Assembly (NCBI GenBank): GCA_918797485.1
Contig: CAKKNE010000003.1
Span: 5,332,001 to 5,385,517, forward strand
Length of the DNA: 53,517 nucleotides
Source: Pelagomonas calceolata
Lineage: Eukaryota
Direction of reading: 5' to 3'
Shown piece after piece: positions 23,201 through 35,000 of this stretch; positions within the stretch are counted from its first letter, which is position 1; each line of letters starts with the position of its first letter. The notes under the pieces were generated by a model. The model had not been told where the DNA came from. It did no database searches and saw nothing but the letters and a program-made list of their open reading frames with translations. Position numbers and translations under genes: made by a program.

Positions 23201-26200
23201 TCAGACGCGGTCGAAGGTCCCGCACTCGAGGATGGCGGTCGTCAGCTTCGCGACGAACTCGCCCTCGTCGGCGTAGTCCGGGATGTCGAGGTGGAAAAAG
23301 CACGTGTGGGCGACGGGCAGCGCCGGCGACCGCGGCTGCGCGCGGACCTGGATCTCGAAGCCCGGCGCCGACGGGAGGCCCGGGGAGCCCGTCGCGAAGA
23401 CGAGGAAGCGACGGAGCGAGTCCTTGTCGAAGGCGCGGACGCTCCGCCTGAGCGCGTCGGGCACGACGGAGCGCTTGGGCCAGCCGACGAACGCGAGCGC
23501 GTCGAGGACTCGGTCGGGCGTGAGGCGGTCGTCGTCCGCGCAGAGCAGCACGCGCCAGTCCGTCGACGAGAACAGCTTGAGGAACGGCGCCGCCTCGGGC
23601 GAGAGCTCGCGGAGCGCGGCGACGAAGCCGCGCCGTATCGCCTCGAGCGCGTCGCGCCGGCGGCCGACGAGCGCGCGGCGGACCTTGAGCACGACGAACG
23701 CGTGCTTGTTCGCCTCGGTGACGGCGCGGGCGCCGCCGCCGGCGTCGTCGTCGGACGACGACACGTCGCCGAAGTCGAGGCCCCAGCCTTGGCCGTCGGG
23801 CGGGGCGCGCGCCAGCATGCGCTCCAGCGACGCGCCGAGCGCCGGGTCGAACTTCTGCAGGTCGCGCAGCGCGCGGCCGTCGCCGGCGGCAGCGTGCGCC
23901 GCGCCGTGCGCGAGGTACTTGAAGAGGCTCGGCCCGAGGCGCGGCGGCGCGCCGCAGCCCTCGTAGAGCGCGGCGACGAGCGCCCGGCCGAACGCCTCGA
24001 GGCGGTCGGCGCGCGCCGCGCGCGCCGCCGCGCCCTCGCCGCGCGGGAGGCGCGCGGGGAGCAGGACCTCGCCGCCGGCGTCCTCGAAGAGCCCGGCGGC
24101 CGGCGCGAGCGCGCCCTCGAAGAAGAGCGCGAACATCTCTCGCGCGAGGCCGCCCTCGTCTACGCCGGCCTCGCCCTCGAACGTGACGCGGAGCGGCCGC
24201 CGCGCGGGCGGGACGCCGGCCGCGCCGTCCTCCCCGCCGCCGCCGCGGCGCCGCGCGGCGACGGCGTCGCGCCCGAAGAAGGCCAAGACCCGGTCCGCGA
24301 GCCCGGGGCCGCGCGCGACGGCCAGGTCCGCGCGCGCGCGGCGCGACGCGGACCGGACGGCGGCGAGCAGGTCGCGCACCGCCGCGAGCTTGGCGTTGAC
24401 GCCGACGATGTCCCCGCCCGCGACGTAGCGGTCCACGTACGAGTCCGTGAAGTACGGATGGAGCGCGACGTCCGCCGCGGACGGCCGCGCGCGCGGGTCG
24501 GCGACCAGGAGGCGCGCGACGAGCGTCCGGAGCTCGTCCTCGCCGGCCGCCGGCGCGCCTGTGCGCGCCCCGCCGGTGGCGCCGCCACCGGCGGCCGTCG
24601 CGCGCCAGAGCCACCGCAGCACCGCGCCGAACGCGTACACGTCTGCCGCGGCGGACGCGCCGCCGCCGCCGGCGACCTCGGGCGCGACGAACTGCGCGGC
24701 GGGCTCGGTCGCCGCGGCCTCGGCGGCCGCGTCCGCGGCGAGCGCGGCGACGAGCGGCCGCGTCGCGAGCTGCGCGCGGTTCGGCGGGTCGCCGGCGAGC
24801 AGCACGACCGCGCGCGGATCGACGTGGCCGTGCGCGACGCCCGCCGCGTGCAGGACCTGGAGCGCCGTCAGGACCTGGCGCGCGACGGCCTGGACGTGCC
24901 ACGGCGCGCGCGGCGGGTCCCGCGCGGCGGCCCAGCCGACGAGCGTGCCCGCGTACGCCGGGAACTCGACGTGGAGCATGGGCGCGGGCGCGAGGTCGCG
25001 CGCGTCGTCGCCGCCCGACTCGTCGAACGCGGCGACGGGCGCCCACGCGGCGGCGACGAGCGACCGGGGCGCGGCGACCGCCGCGTGCCGCGGCGCGGCG
25101 AGCCAAAAGTCGACCTCGCGGAAGTGCGCGGCCCACGCGTCGTCGTCGCGCTCGTCGAGCGCGCACGCGACGAGGAGGACGCGCGCGCCCGTCGCGCCGT
25201 CGACCGCGTCGGTCGCCCGGCCCCGTGCCTCGTCGCTTGCGGCGAGCTCGAACTCGGCGAGCGCGCGCGACGGCGCGGCGAGCCACGCGCCGCCGCCGCC
25301 CGCGCGGCGGCCCGTCGCCGGCGCGCGCGCGCCGCCGTCGAAGGTGCCGCCGAGGTCGCCGAGGAGCTTGAAGCGCCCGATGGAGTCGACGATGACGCGC
25401 GACCCCCACGCCAGCTCGGGCTGCTCGGCGTACGCGCAGCGCGCGGCCTCGGCGACCGCGCGGCGGCGCGCCCGCCGCGCGACGGCGAGCTGCGCCTCGA
25501 CGTCGGCGAGCGTCGCCGCGAGCGCGGCGACGTCGTCTCCGGCGGCGGCGGCGCCCGACCCGCGCGACGGCGCCGCCGCCGCCGCCGGCGCGCGCGCCGC
25601 CGGCGCGCCGCCGAACAGGTCCTCGAACGAGCCGGAGAAGAGGTCGCGCGCAGGCGCCGGTGGTGCCGGCGGCGCGTCGCCGCGGGGCCCGCGCGCGCGC
25701 ATCCGGGCCCGCCGCGTCGCCTTGTCGAGCGCGGATGCGACGTCCGTGCGACGGTCCTCGAGCGCGAGCGCCGCGTCGCTCGCGCGCTCGGCGGCGGCGA
25801 CGAGCGCCGCGCCGCGCGTCGGTGCCGCCGCCGCGGCGTACCAGGCCGCCCAACGCGCCGCGCGCCGCCCGAGGCGCCGCGCCACGTCGGCGACCGCCGC
25901 CGCCGCCGCGCGCGCGGCCGCGCACCGCCGGTCGGCCGCGCGCAGGAGGCGCCGCTTGAGCGCGAGCGCGTCGTCGAGCTCGCGCGGGATCGCCGCGAGC
26001 TCGGCGCCCGCGGCGTCGCGCGCGTCGACCTTGGCGCGCGCGAGCGCGGCGTCCGCGTCCCACGCGTCCGCCGCGGCCAACGCGCGCGCGGTCGCGGCCG
26101 CGTCGACCGCGCGCGCCCCGTCGTCGTCGCCGCCGTCGGCGTCGGCGTCGCCCCGCGTCGCGTCGGCGTCGCCCGCGAGCGAGCCCGCGCAGAGCGCCGC

Positions 26201-28364
26201 GGCGGCGGCCGCGCGCGCGCGGAGCGCGTCGCGCAGGCGCGCGACGGCCGCGTCGGCGTGCCGCCGCGCCGACTCCGCGCGCCGGGGCCGCGCGCAGTGC
26301 GCGGCCAGCGCCGCGGCCGCGGCCTCGAAGTCGTCGTCTTCGACCGCGCCGGCGCCGCGACCGGCCGCGGGCGACGCGGGCGCGCCGCGGCGTTCGAGCG
26401 CGGCGCGCGCCGTGCGCCGGAGATCTTCGAACGACGCCGACGCCGCGAGGGCCGCGGTCGGCGGCCGCGCGCCGCCCGACGGGCCGCCGTCGACGGCGAG
26501 CGCCGCGCGGACGCGGTCGCGCGCCGCGCCCGCCGCGGCCGCGGCCTCGCGCGCCGCGGCCTCGAGCGCCGCGAAGCGCCGCGCCGCGCGGCGCGCCGCC
26601 GCGCCGCCGCGCGAGACCGCCGCGCGCCGTCGGTCGACCTGCGCCGCGAGCCGGCGCGCGTCGAGGCCCGCGACGGCCTCGCGCTCGACCGCCTCGTAGG
26701 CGGGGCGGACCGCGTCGCGCCACTCGCGGCCGAGCGCCGCGTCCCAGGCCAGCGCGTCGTCGCGCGCGCGCGCCAGGGTCGCGTCGCCGGCCCCGGCGCC
26801 GCCGTCGTCCTCGTCGTCGACGCCGAACGCGGCGAGGTCGAGGTCCGGAGCCGGCGCCGGCGCGGCGACGTCTCGCGCGTCGAAGAAGCTCTGCACGCTC
26901 GTCACGGAGCTCTCGCGCGACCGGATGGACGCCGCGCCGTCGAGCGGCGCCGCCGGCGACGTCGCGGCCGCCGCGTCGGCGCCGGCCCACGCCGGCGCGA
27001 CGGCGACGGCGCGCGCGAGCCGGCCCGCGGCGGCCACCAGGTGCGCGCCGACGCTCTCCGCGGCGGCGGCGGCCGACGTCGTGGTCGTTGCGTTTTGCGC
27101 GCGGTCGGCGGCCGCCGCCGGCGCCGCGACCGGGGCGTCGGACGAGAGGTCGGCCGCGGTCGCGCGCAGCGCGCGGTCCACCCCGTCGCAGCGCTCGGCG
27201 CGGCGGACGAGCCGGACCAGCTGCCGGTTGCCGCGCTGGACCTCGCCGAGAGCCGCGCGGAGCTGGCGGAGCTCGGCCACGGCGCCGACGACGGCGCGCA
27301 TGGCGACCGCGACGACGGGCGGCCCCGCCCGCGGCGGCGCGCGCGCGCGCGGCGGGAGGCGCACGGCGAACGCGTCGTCCGGCCCGCGCGCGGCGTCGCG
27401 CTCGCCGGCGCCGTCGTCGCGGTCGCGCGTCGCGCCGCCGAAGACGAGGACGCGCGGCGGGTCGCCGCGGTCGGCGACCGCCGCGTGCGCGTGGACCGGC
27501 GTCAGGCCGAACGCCACGAGCGCCCACGACGCGCCGTCGTCGCCTGCGCGCGCATCGACCGGTCGCCCTTGGACTGCGCGCCGCGCGACGCGGGTCCGCG
27601 CTCGTCCAGCAGTCGCCGAGCGACTCGCCCGCGCCGCCGCCGCCCTCGCCGCCGACGAGCGCGAGGCACGCGCCGGCGGCGACGACCGCGTGCCCCCGCC
27701 GCGGCACCCACGGCGCGCGGTGGCAGAGGCGGCTCCACCGCGCGCCGTCGACGGACGCCCAGACGTCGCCGCGGCACTCGCGACCGTCGTAGCCGCCGGC
27801 GACGTAGAGCGCGCCGCGGAAGCCGCACGCCGCGTGCATCGCGCGCGGCCCCCACGCCGCGGCGGCCGTGCGCCGCTCCCAGGTGCCGCCGCCGTCGCGC
27901 GACGCCCAGCAGTCGTCGCAGTAGCCGAACTCGCCGAAGCCGCCGAGCACGAAGACGGCGTCGCCGAGCGCGACGGCCTCGTGGTGCGTCCGGCCGGCCC
28001 ACCCGGGCGTCGCCGTCGCCAGCGTCCACGTCGCGCCGCCGTCGGCGCTGCGCCAGACGTCGTGCGCCGTCAGCGCGTCGGCGGTCGCGCCGCCGATGAC
28101 GAGCGCGGCGCCGTCGGCCGCGACCGCGACCGCGTGGCCGTCGCGCGGGCCGAACGGCGCGCGCGCGACCGCGAGGCGCCAGCGCCAGGCGTCGTCGTCG
28201 TCCCGCGCCGCCGTCCACACCTCCGCCGACGACCCGCCGCCCGCCCCGCTCGCGAAGCCGCCGACCATCACGAGCGACGCGTCGTCGAGGGCGACCACGC
28301 GGTGCGACCGGCGCGGCGCCCACCGGGCGCCGCGCGAGCGGACCGGCGCCGCCGGCGCGTCCAT
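23201..28364 (-). CDS. ~1700-aa Kelch-repeat + coiled-coil + kinase-like + HECT E3 ligase; join(28364..27602,27543..23201)
   Basis: Kelch repeats (PR.GH, GG, DVW.S.DG..W); kinase remnants APE, DVYAFG, RPSAADVALHPYF; HECT LRVTFEGEAGVDEGGLAREMF ... LPVAHTCFFHLDIPDY; GC-AG intron 27544-27601. Confidence 0.85.
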
Positions 28365-28446
28365 CGTTTGTGGCTGCGTGGCGCTTCGTGTGTGTCGGGC
28401 AGCCGTCGAACCGCCGGTTCCTCCTTGGAGAATGCACGGACGAGGA

Positions 28447-28514
28447 GTACCGTAGGTACCGTGGTACCATGGTACCGTAGGTACCGTAGGTACCACGGTA
28501 CCGTAGGTACCGTA
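28447..28514. promoter_or_regulatory. Purest GGTACC array, ~85 bp upstream of the HECT gene ATG
   Basis: gtaccgtaggtaccgtggtaccatggtaccgtaggtaccgtaggtaccacggtaccgtaggtaccgta. Confidence 0.6.
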
Positions 28515-28554
28515 TTCACTAGGCCTATTCTATCCGGGTATCTAACTAAGATAA

Positions 28555-28767
28555 ATGGGACCAGGATAGTGAAGCTAAGATAAAATTTGGGAGATTTATA
28601 AGTGGAAAAGGGGCCGTTGCCACAACGGGCGCCAACCCCCAGGGACCCCGGACCACTGGCACGCGCCCGGGAGCTCAAGTGCGCGTCGCGGGAGCTCAAG
28701 CAACGCGCCGGAGCCAGTGGCCAGTTCCACATCCTGACGGGCCTGACGGGGGGCATCCTGATCCCAT
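28555..28767. mobile_element. Possible 213-bp MITE
   Basis: ATGGGACCAGGAT (28555-28567) and ATCCTGATCCCAT (28755-28767) form a 12/13 inverted match; single copy here. Confidence 0.4.
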
Positions 28768-28881
28768 CAAGAGGGCTTGCCTATCGTTGGTAATGTAATG
28801 CAATGCTATGTATCTATACCTTCTACCGTAGGTACCGTAGGTACCGTAGGTATACGGTACGGCCCCTTGGAATCTAAAAAA

Positions 28882-29640
28882 ATGAAGGCGCGGTTGCGTT
28901 ATCGCTCCCTTGCAAGCCTGGGACTCCTGGCGGCGGCGCCAGGAGTGGAGATCGGCGAGCAACAGGCTCGTAGACCTACTAGCCTACACGTCTGGGAAGC
29001 CGGCATCGCGCAGTGTCCCATCGTGTGGTTCATTCACATCCCAAAGACCGCCGGCTCCACGATCAACGACGTGCTCAAGCGAAGCAACTCCGACAAAGTC
29101 CAATACACTAGCTTAGGGCCGAAACGCAATGTCTACGTCTCCCACGGCAGAAACCACAATTGGGCGCGCCCAGACCTCCTCGCGATGGCGAACCGAACCG
29201 AGCGCAAAATTATCGTGACCGCCGAGACGCCGATCGCCGACCTAAAGCGGCACGGGTACCCGTGGCTCTCGGAGACGTGCTTTTTCTCCGTCGCGCGCGA
29301 CCCTTACGAGTGGGTCATCAGCGCTGCGAACCACATGAACCGTTCAATCAGCAGCCGTTATGGGTTCTTCGACCACGCAAACATCCAGTCCTACATGACC
29401 GGCTACGGCGCGGGGGACCACGGCGCAGCGTTCGTGTGTGTGGGCACCCTCGACCACTTCCTCGACGTCGAGCACGGCCTGTTCCCCCGGTTCGCGGAGA
29501 ACCTGACGCTACCTCACCTCAACGCGCGCCCGCACGCGGTCAACATCACGGAGGAGCTGGAGGAGGTTGTCCGCACGAAGTACGCGATCGACCTGGAGCT
29601 CTGGGCTAGCGTGGCGCGGCAGGGGCTGGTTTGTTGGTAG
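28882..29640 (+). CDS. Sulfotransferase family protein with signal anchor
   Basis: WFIHIPKTAGST, FSVARDPYEWVISA, YAIDLELW; GGTACC array at 28817-28861 upstream. Confidence 0.85.
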   Translation: MKARLRYRSLASLGLLAAAPGVEIGEQQARRPTSLHVWEAGIAQCPIVWFIHIPKTAGSTINDVLKRSNSDKVQYTSLGPKRNVYVSHGRNHNWARPDLLAMANRTERKIIVTAETPIADLKRHGYPWLSETCFFSVARDPYEWVISAANHMNRSISSRYGFFDHANIQSYMTGYGAGDHGAAFVCVGTLDHFLDVEHGLFPRFAENLTLPHLNARPHAVNITEELEEVVRTKYAIDLELWASVARQGLVCW

Positions 29641-29662
29641 CCTGCTAAGATAGAGTAGTATA

Positions 29663-29749
29663 TGAAGTAGAGCCCATTTTGCATCAAAACGGACGCTCAC
29701 GGGAAAACCCGTTCGCTAACCGTTTGGATGCAAAATGAGCTCTACTTCA
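29663..29749. repeat. 87-bp hairpin with 30-bp inverted arms
   Basis: 29663-29692 vs 29720-29749 match 28/30; inner ACGGG-AAAA-CCCGT stem. Confidence 0.85.
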
Positions 29750-30067
29750 ATTCAAGTTATATTACGACCGAAATCCATGGTTCTGGGTGGCCGATTTGGG
29801 GGTCTAATGATTTCTATGGCAATGTATGGCAATGGGAACAGGTACTTATCGCAATAGCATTCCTGTAGGCTCGACTAATTACACTATTAATCTCGGTGCA
29901 AGTTACTCGCAACTTGAACTCTTGGGGATAACTTCAAGTTTTGTTCAAACTCTTGCAGATCAAGATCATGCTGCAACACACACTGGCACAAGCTTTTACG
30001 CAAATAACGTAGTTCGATGGAGTCTCAGTATTGATGGCGTGTTGGTAGAAAATCAAAGAATGATTTA

Positions 30068-30228
30068 TAGCTCACCAGCCGAGGGCTGGGCCAACCTGAC
30101 TACGAGAGTGTTTTATAGTGAACTGTTGTTACACCGTAGTGCTTTTGACACTCGATGTATAGACTCAAATATTAGAGAGTGGGAGATACATATCTAGGGT
30201 AGGAAGGGCTAGTAGGTTTCTCTCTCTA
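30068..30228 (-). mobile_element. Copia-family LTR, truncated copy
   Basis: Near-identical to the reverse complement of 47522-~47682. Confidence 0.8.
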
Positions 30229-30412
30229 AGGAATGCGATACGGTACCTACGATACCATACCTCGAGAGTAGGTACCGCAGACTCACGGCAACTGGTGAGT
30301 CGAGGTGCCATACGACGTCGGGCTACGCCGCAGGTCTAGCGCTACAAGCTTTACACAAAGGAGGCCGTATTTTCGCGGCGCGCCCGAGACGCCCTCTCGA
30401 AAGTCAACGGAG

Positions 30413-31885
30413 ATGATGGTCCTGGGCGTCCTCGTGGCGTCGTGGTGCGCGCGGGGCCTCGCGTTCGCGCCCGCCGCGCCGGCGGCGTCCGCGCGGGGGG
30501 CACCGCTGGCGGCGCAAGTCCGCAAGGTCGGCATCGTCGGCGGCGGGACGGTCGGCGGGGGCATCGTCGAGATCCTGGAGCGCCGGCGCGAGCAGCTCGT
30601 GGCGGCGACGGGCGGCGTGGGCCTCGAGGTCAAGGCGGTCGTCGTGCGCGACGCGGCCAAGGCGCGCGACTGGACCGCGCCGCCCGGGTGCGTCGTCACC
30701 GAGGACCTCGAGGCGGTGCTCGGCGGCGACCGGCGCGGAAGTTACGGTCCCGTCGATTTTGTTCGGTCCGGAGGCGATCGATTCGCACACACAGGCGACG
30801 ACGACGTCGACCTCGTCGTCGAGGTCATGGGCGGCACGACGCTCGCCAAGGACGTCGTCTTCCGCGCGCTGCGCGCGGGCAAGGACGTCGTCACGGCCAA
30901 CAAGGCGCTCATCGCGGACTGCCTGCCCGAGATCGAGGCCGTCGTCGCCGAGGCGAACGCCGCGCAGGGCGCCGGCGCGCCCCGCGTCCAGTTCGGGTAC
31001 GAGGCCGCCGTGTGCGGCGGCATCCCCATCATCCACACGATGAACACGGACTTCGTCGGCGACGAGGTCACGCGGCTCCGCGGCATCATGAACGGGTGCA
31101 CGAACTTCATGCTGACGAAGATGGAGGCCGAGGGCCTGAGCTACGCCGACTGCCTCGCCGAGGCGACGGCGCTCGGCTACGCGGAGGAGGATCCGACGCT
31201 CGACGTCGGCGGCTTCGACGCGCGGTCGAAGCTCGCGATCCTCGTCCGCCTCGCCTTCGGCGTCGACGTCGACGAGACGCTCATCTCGTGCACGGGCATC
31301 GCCGGGCTCGAGACGATCGACTTCGAGTACGCGCGCGGCCAGCTCGACGGCACCATCAAGCTCCTCGGCGTCGCCGAGCTGGACGGCGCCGGCGGCCTGA
31401 CGGCGTACGTCACGCCCGCGCTCGTCCCGCGCGGCGCGACGCTCGCGTCCATCTCGGACGCGACGAACGCGGTCGAGGTCGCGTCGCGCAACCTCGAGGC
31501 GTCGCTCTTCGTCGGCCGCGGCGCCGGCCGCTTCCCGACGGCGAACTCGTGCGTCTCGGACGTCGTCGCGTGCGCGCGCGGCGCGCTCCCCGAGCCGTTC
31601 GCCAAGAAGGTCGGCGGCGTCGCGTTCCGCAGCGACTTCGAGTCGTTCTTCTACATCCGCATCCGGTACCGCAACGCCATCGGCATCGTCAAGGCCCTCG
31701 GCGAGATCTGCGCGCGCCACGACGTCTCCATCGACTCGCTCCTCCAGAAGCCGCACTCGGACTACTTCGTCGTCGTCACCGAGGCCGGCCCGCGCTCGCG
31801 CGTCGAGAAGGTCGCCGCCGACGTCGAGGCCGAGGCGTGGTGCGTCGGCGACGTGTTTTTCATGCCGGTCGCCACGCAGGAATAG
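30413..31885 (+). CDS. Plastid-targeted homoserine dehydrogenase with C-terminal ACT domain; in-frame intron 30723-30794
   Basis: Signal + AFAP; GIVGGGTVGGG, VVTANKA, YEAAVCGGIP, GIMNGCTNF, LGYAEEDPTLDVGGFDARSKL, GRGAG..PTA. Confidence 0.93.
   Translation: MMVLGVLVASWCARGLAFAPAAPAASARGAPLAAQVRKVGIVGGGTVGGGIVEILERRREQLVAATGGVGLEVKAVVVRDAAKARDWTAPPGCVVTEDLEAVLGGDRRGSYGPVDFVRSGGDRFAHTGDDDVDLVVEVMGGTTLAKDVVFRALRAGKDVVTANKALIADCLPEIEAVVAEANAAQGAGAPRVQFGYEAAVCGGIPIIHTMNTDFVGDEVTRLRGIMNGCTNFMLTKMEAEGLSYADCLAEATALGYAEEDPTLDVGGFDARSKLAILVRLAFGVDVDETLISCTGIAGLETIDFEYARGQLDGTIKLLGVAELDGAGGLTAYVTPALVPRGATLASISDATNAVEVASRNLEASLFVGRGAGRFPTANSCVSDVVACARGALPEPFAKKVGGVAFRSDFESFFYIRIRYRNAIGIVKALGEICARHDVSIDSLLQKPHSDYFVVVTEAGPRSRVEKVAADVEAEAWCVGDVFFMPVATQE
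30723..30794 (+). mobile_element. Degenerate introner (GC-AG intron)
   Basis: TSD GCGGCGAC/GCGACGAC (7/8); ends CGGCGCGGAAGT..CACACAG; removal gives VLGDDDVDLVVEVMGG. Confidence 0.7.
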
Positions 31886-32073
31886 CGCGTCGGGGTCCTA
31901 GAGGGTAACTAGCCAGCTATTCAGATTGGCACCCTATGGTCCACACGGTATGGAATAGAGGTATGGAATGGAGACCTTACACTAGAAGGAGGTTCTAGCT
32001 CCTTCTTAGCTCTTCTTAGCTCCGCCGCACGGTATTGCTACGAATCGAGGGCCTGGCCTGACTCTATCGAACC

Positions 32074-35000
32074 ATGCTCTCCAGGATGAGACCGGCGCGC
32101 GCGCTCGCCACGCGCGCGGCGGCGGCGGCGGAAGAGTTCGCGACCGGCACGTCGTCGGCGTACGCGGACGCCCAGTACCTCGCCTGGCAGCGGGACCCGG
32201 CCTCGGTGCACTCGTCGTGGGCCTCCTACTTCGCGTCGGGCGCGTTCGCGCTCCCGCCGCAGCTCGGCGGCGCGCCCGCCGCCGGCGCGGCGGCGGCCGC
32301 GCAGGTGCCGGCGGGCGACGCGGAGTCGACGCTGCAGGGCCTCACGGGCGCGGACACGGCGCGCGCGATGCATCTCATCGCCGCGTACCAGCGGCGCGGC
32401 CACGAGCGCGCGGACCTGGACCCGCTGCGCCTCGCCGGCGACCGGCCGCGGCTCCGCGACCTGGACCCGGCGACGTACGGCTTCGAGCCGGGCGACGCCG
32501 ACCGGGCGCTCCGGCTCGCCTCCGCGCCCGGGTCGGCGGTCGCCGGCTGTGTGGAAATCAACCAGTGCGTCGGGTGCACCCCGACGCGGCGATTCAGGAC
32601 GAACGCGCCGCAAATTTGATTTCCACACAGGTCGCCGGCCTCCTCGGCAACGCGGACGTGAACGACGACGGCCTGACGACGCTCGCCGAGCTCGACGACT
32701 TCCTCCGCGACACGTACCGCGCTGTGTGGAAATCAACCAGTGCGTCGGGTCAGCGCTGGCTCCGTCGAGCGGTGAGGAACCGACATCGCCACGCCATCGA
32801 GCAGGCGTCGCGTCGATGGCGTGGCGGTCGACGCGGCGATCCAGGACGAACGCGCCGTAAATTTGAGTTCCACACAGGTACTGCGGCACCGTCGGCGTCG
32901 AGGCCGAGCACATCACGAACCTCTGCAAGCAGAACTGGCTCCGGTCGCGCATCGAGGTGCCGCGGAAACCGCTGACGCTCGACGAGCGGACGCACGTCCT
33001 CGAGCGCCTCGCCTTCGCCGAAAAGTTCGAAAACGTCCTCGCGACCAAGTTCAACACGGCCAAGCGCTTCGGCCTCGAGGGCTGCGAGTCCATGATCGGC
33101 GGCATGAAGACCATGGTCGACGCGGCCACGCTCTGCGGCGTGACGGACGTCATCATCGGCATGCCGCACCGCGCGCCGCCGGCGTCGCTCGGAGGGGCGC
33201 GGGGAGGGGCGGGGGGCTTCACGCGGCGCGCGCAGGCGGGCGCCTCAACGTGCTGTGCAACGTCGTGCGGAAGCCCATCGAGGTCATCTTCCGCGAGTTT
33301 TTGGGGACGGCCCGCGACCAGGCCGCGGGCGGCGCGGCGTGGTCGGCGTCCGGCGACGTCAAGTACCACCTGGGCACGGCGTACGACCGGTCGTACCCCG
33401 ACGGCCGCAAGGTGCGGATCGAGCTGCTCCCGAACCCGTCGCACCTCGAGGCCGTCACTCCGCTCGTCGTCGGCAAGGCGCGCGCGCGCATGGACGCCCA
33501 GGGCGACGCGCGCGGCGACGCCGTGCTGCCCGTGATCGTCCACGGCGACGCCGCGTTCGCCGGGCAGGGCGTCGTCTACGAGACGATGCAGATGGTCGCG
33601 CTCGAGGCGTACGGGACGGGCGGGACGATCCACGTCATCTGCAACAACCAGGTCGGCTTCACGGCGACGCCGGAGCAGGGCCGAAGCACGATGTACGCGT
33701 CCGACCTCGGCAAGGCGTTCGGCGCGCCCATCTTCCACGTCAACGCCGACGACCCCGAGGCGGTCTGCCGCGTCTTCGAGACCGCCGTCGCGTGGCGCCA
33801 CGAGTTCAAGACGGACGTCATCGTCGACCTCGTCGGCTACCGCAAGTTCGGCCACAACGAGATCGACGAGCCGACGTTCACGCAGCCGATGATGTACGCC
33901 AAGGTGCGGACGCAGCCGTCGGTGCTGACCAAGTACCTCGAGACGGTCGCGGCCACGGAGCCCGTCGTGCCGGCCGCCGACGTCGCGCGGATCGTCGCGC
34001 ACGTCGACGACGTCTTCGCCCGGGCGTTCGAGGCCAAGGACACGTTCACGTGGGACCGCGACGTCTGGGGCCAGAACTGGCAGAAGATCGTCACGCCGGC
34101 GGACGTCGGCCACGGCGCCTTCGGCAAGACGGGCGCGTCCCCGGACGCGCTCGCCGCCGTCGGCGCCGCGCTGTCGACGGTCCCCGACGGCTTCAAGCTC
34201 CACCGCCGCCTCCGGGGCCGCCTCGCCGGCTTCGCGGAGGCCGTGGCGTCCGGCGAGGGCGTCGACTGGGCGCTCGGCGAGGCGCTGGCGTTCGGCACGC
34301 TGCTCCTGGACGGCATGCCCATCCGCTTCACGGGCCAGGACGTCCAGCGCGGCACGTTCACGCACCGGCACGCCGTCGTCCACGACCAGGACGACGGCCG
34401 CGAGTACTGCTTCGTCAACCACATACACGCGGACCAGCCGGCGAAGCTGGCCATCCACAACAGCTTCCTCTCGGAGTACGGCGTCCTCGGCTTCGAGCTC
34501 GGCTACTCGTACGAGTCCCCCGACGTCCTGTGCATCTGGGAGGCGCAGTTCGGCGACTTCGTCAACGGCGCGCAGATCGTCATCGACCAGTTCCTCAGCT
34601 CGGGCGAGGCCAAGTGGATGCGCCAAACGGGACTCGTCGTCCTCCTGCCGCACGGGTACCAGGGCCAGGGCCCCGAGCACTCGTCCTGCCGCATCGAGCG
34701 CTTCCTGCAGAACAGCGACGAGGACCCGGACGTCATCCCGCCGGACCTCGACACGATCGAGGGCCAGACGCGGCAGGTCCAGCTCAACAACTGGCAGATC
34801 ATCAACCCGTCGCCGCCGGCGCGCGAACCCGTCCGAGGCGCCTTCTCCGACCCCCCCCCCCGCTTGGCTCGTCTCCGTCGGAAGACGCCTCGACGCGGTG
34901 TCGCTTCACGCGCGTCGCCGCAGGTCGACGCCGGCGAACTACTTCCACGCGCTCCGTCGCCAGCAGCACCGCGACTTCCGCAAGCCGCTCATCGTCGCGT

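Noticed and set aside
23291..28099. Very long Arg/Ala/Gly/Pro-rich ORFs (1602 aa here; also 2947-5046, 6324-8633, 32038-34680 and others)
   Set aside because: Antisense or off-frame shadows of real genes in very high-GC DNA; no domain motifs.
28447..28514. GGTACC arrays as KpnI/linker or assembly artefacts, or as Chlamydomonas-type copper response elements
   Set aside because: Arrays differ in sequence at each locus and track gene 5' ends, unlike an artefact. CuRE-binding SBP proteins are a green-lineage family and the downstream genes share no copper function.
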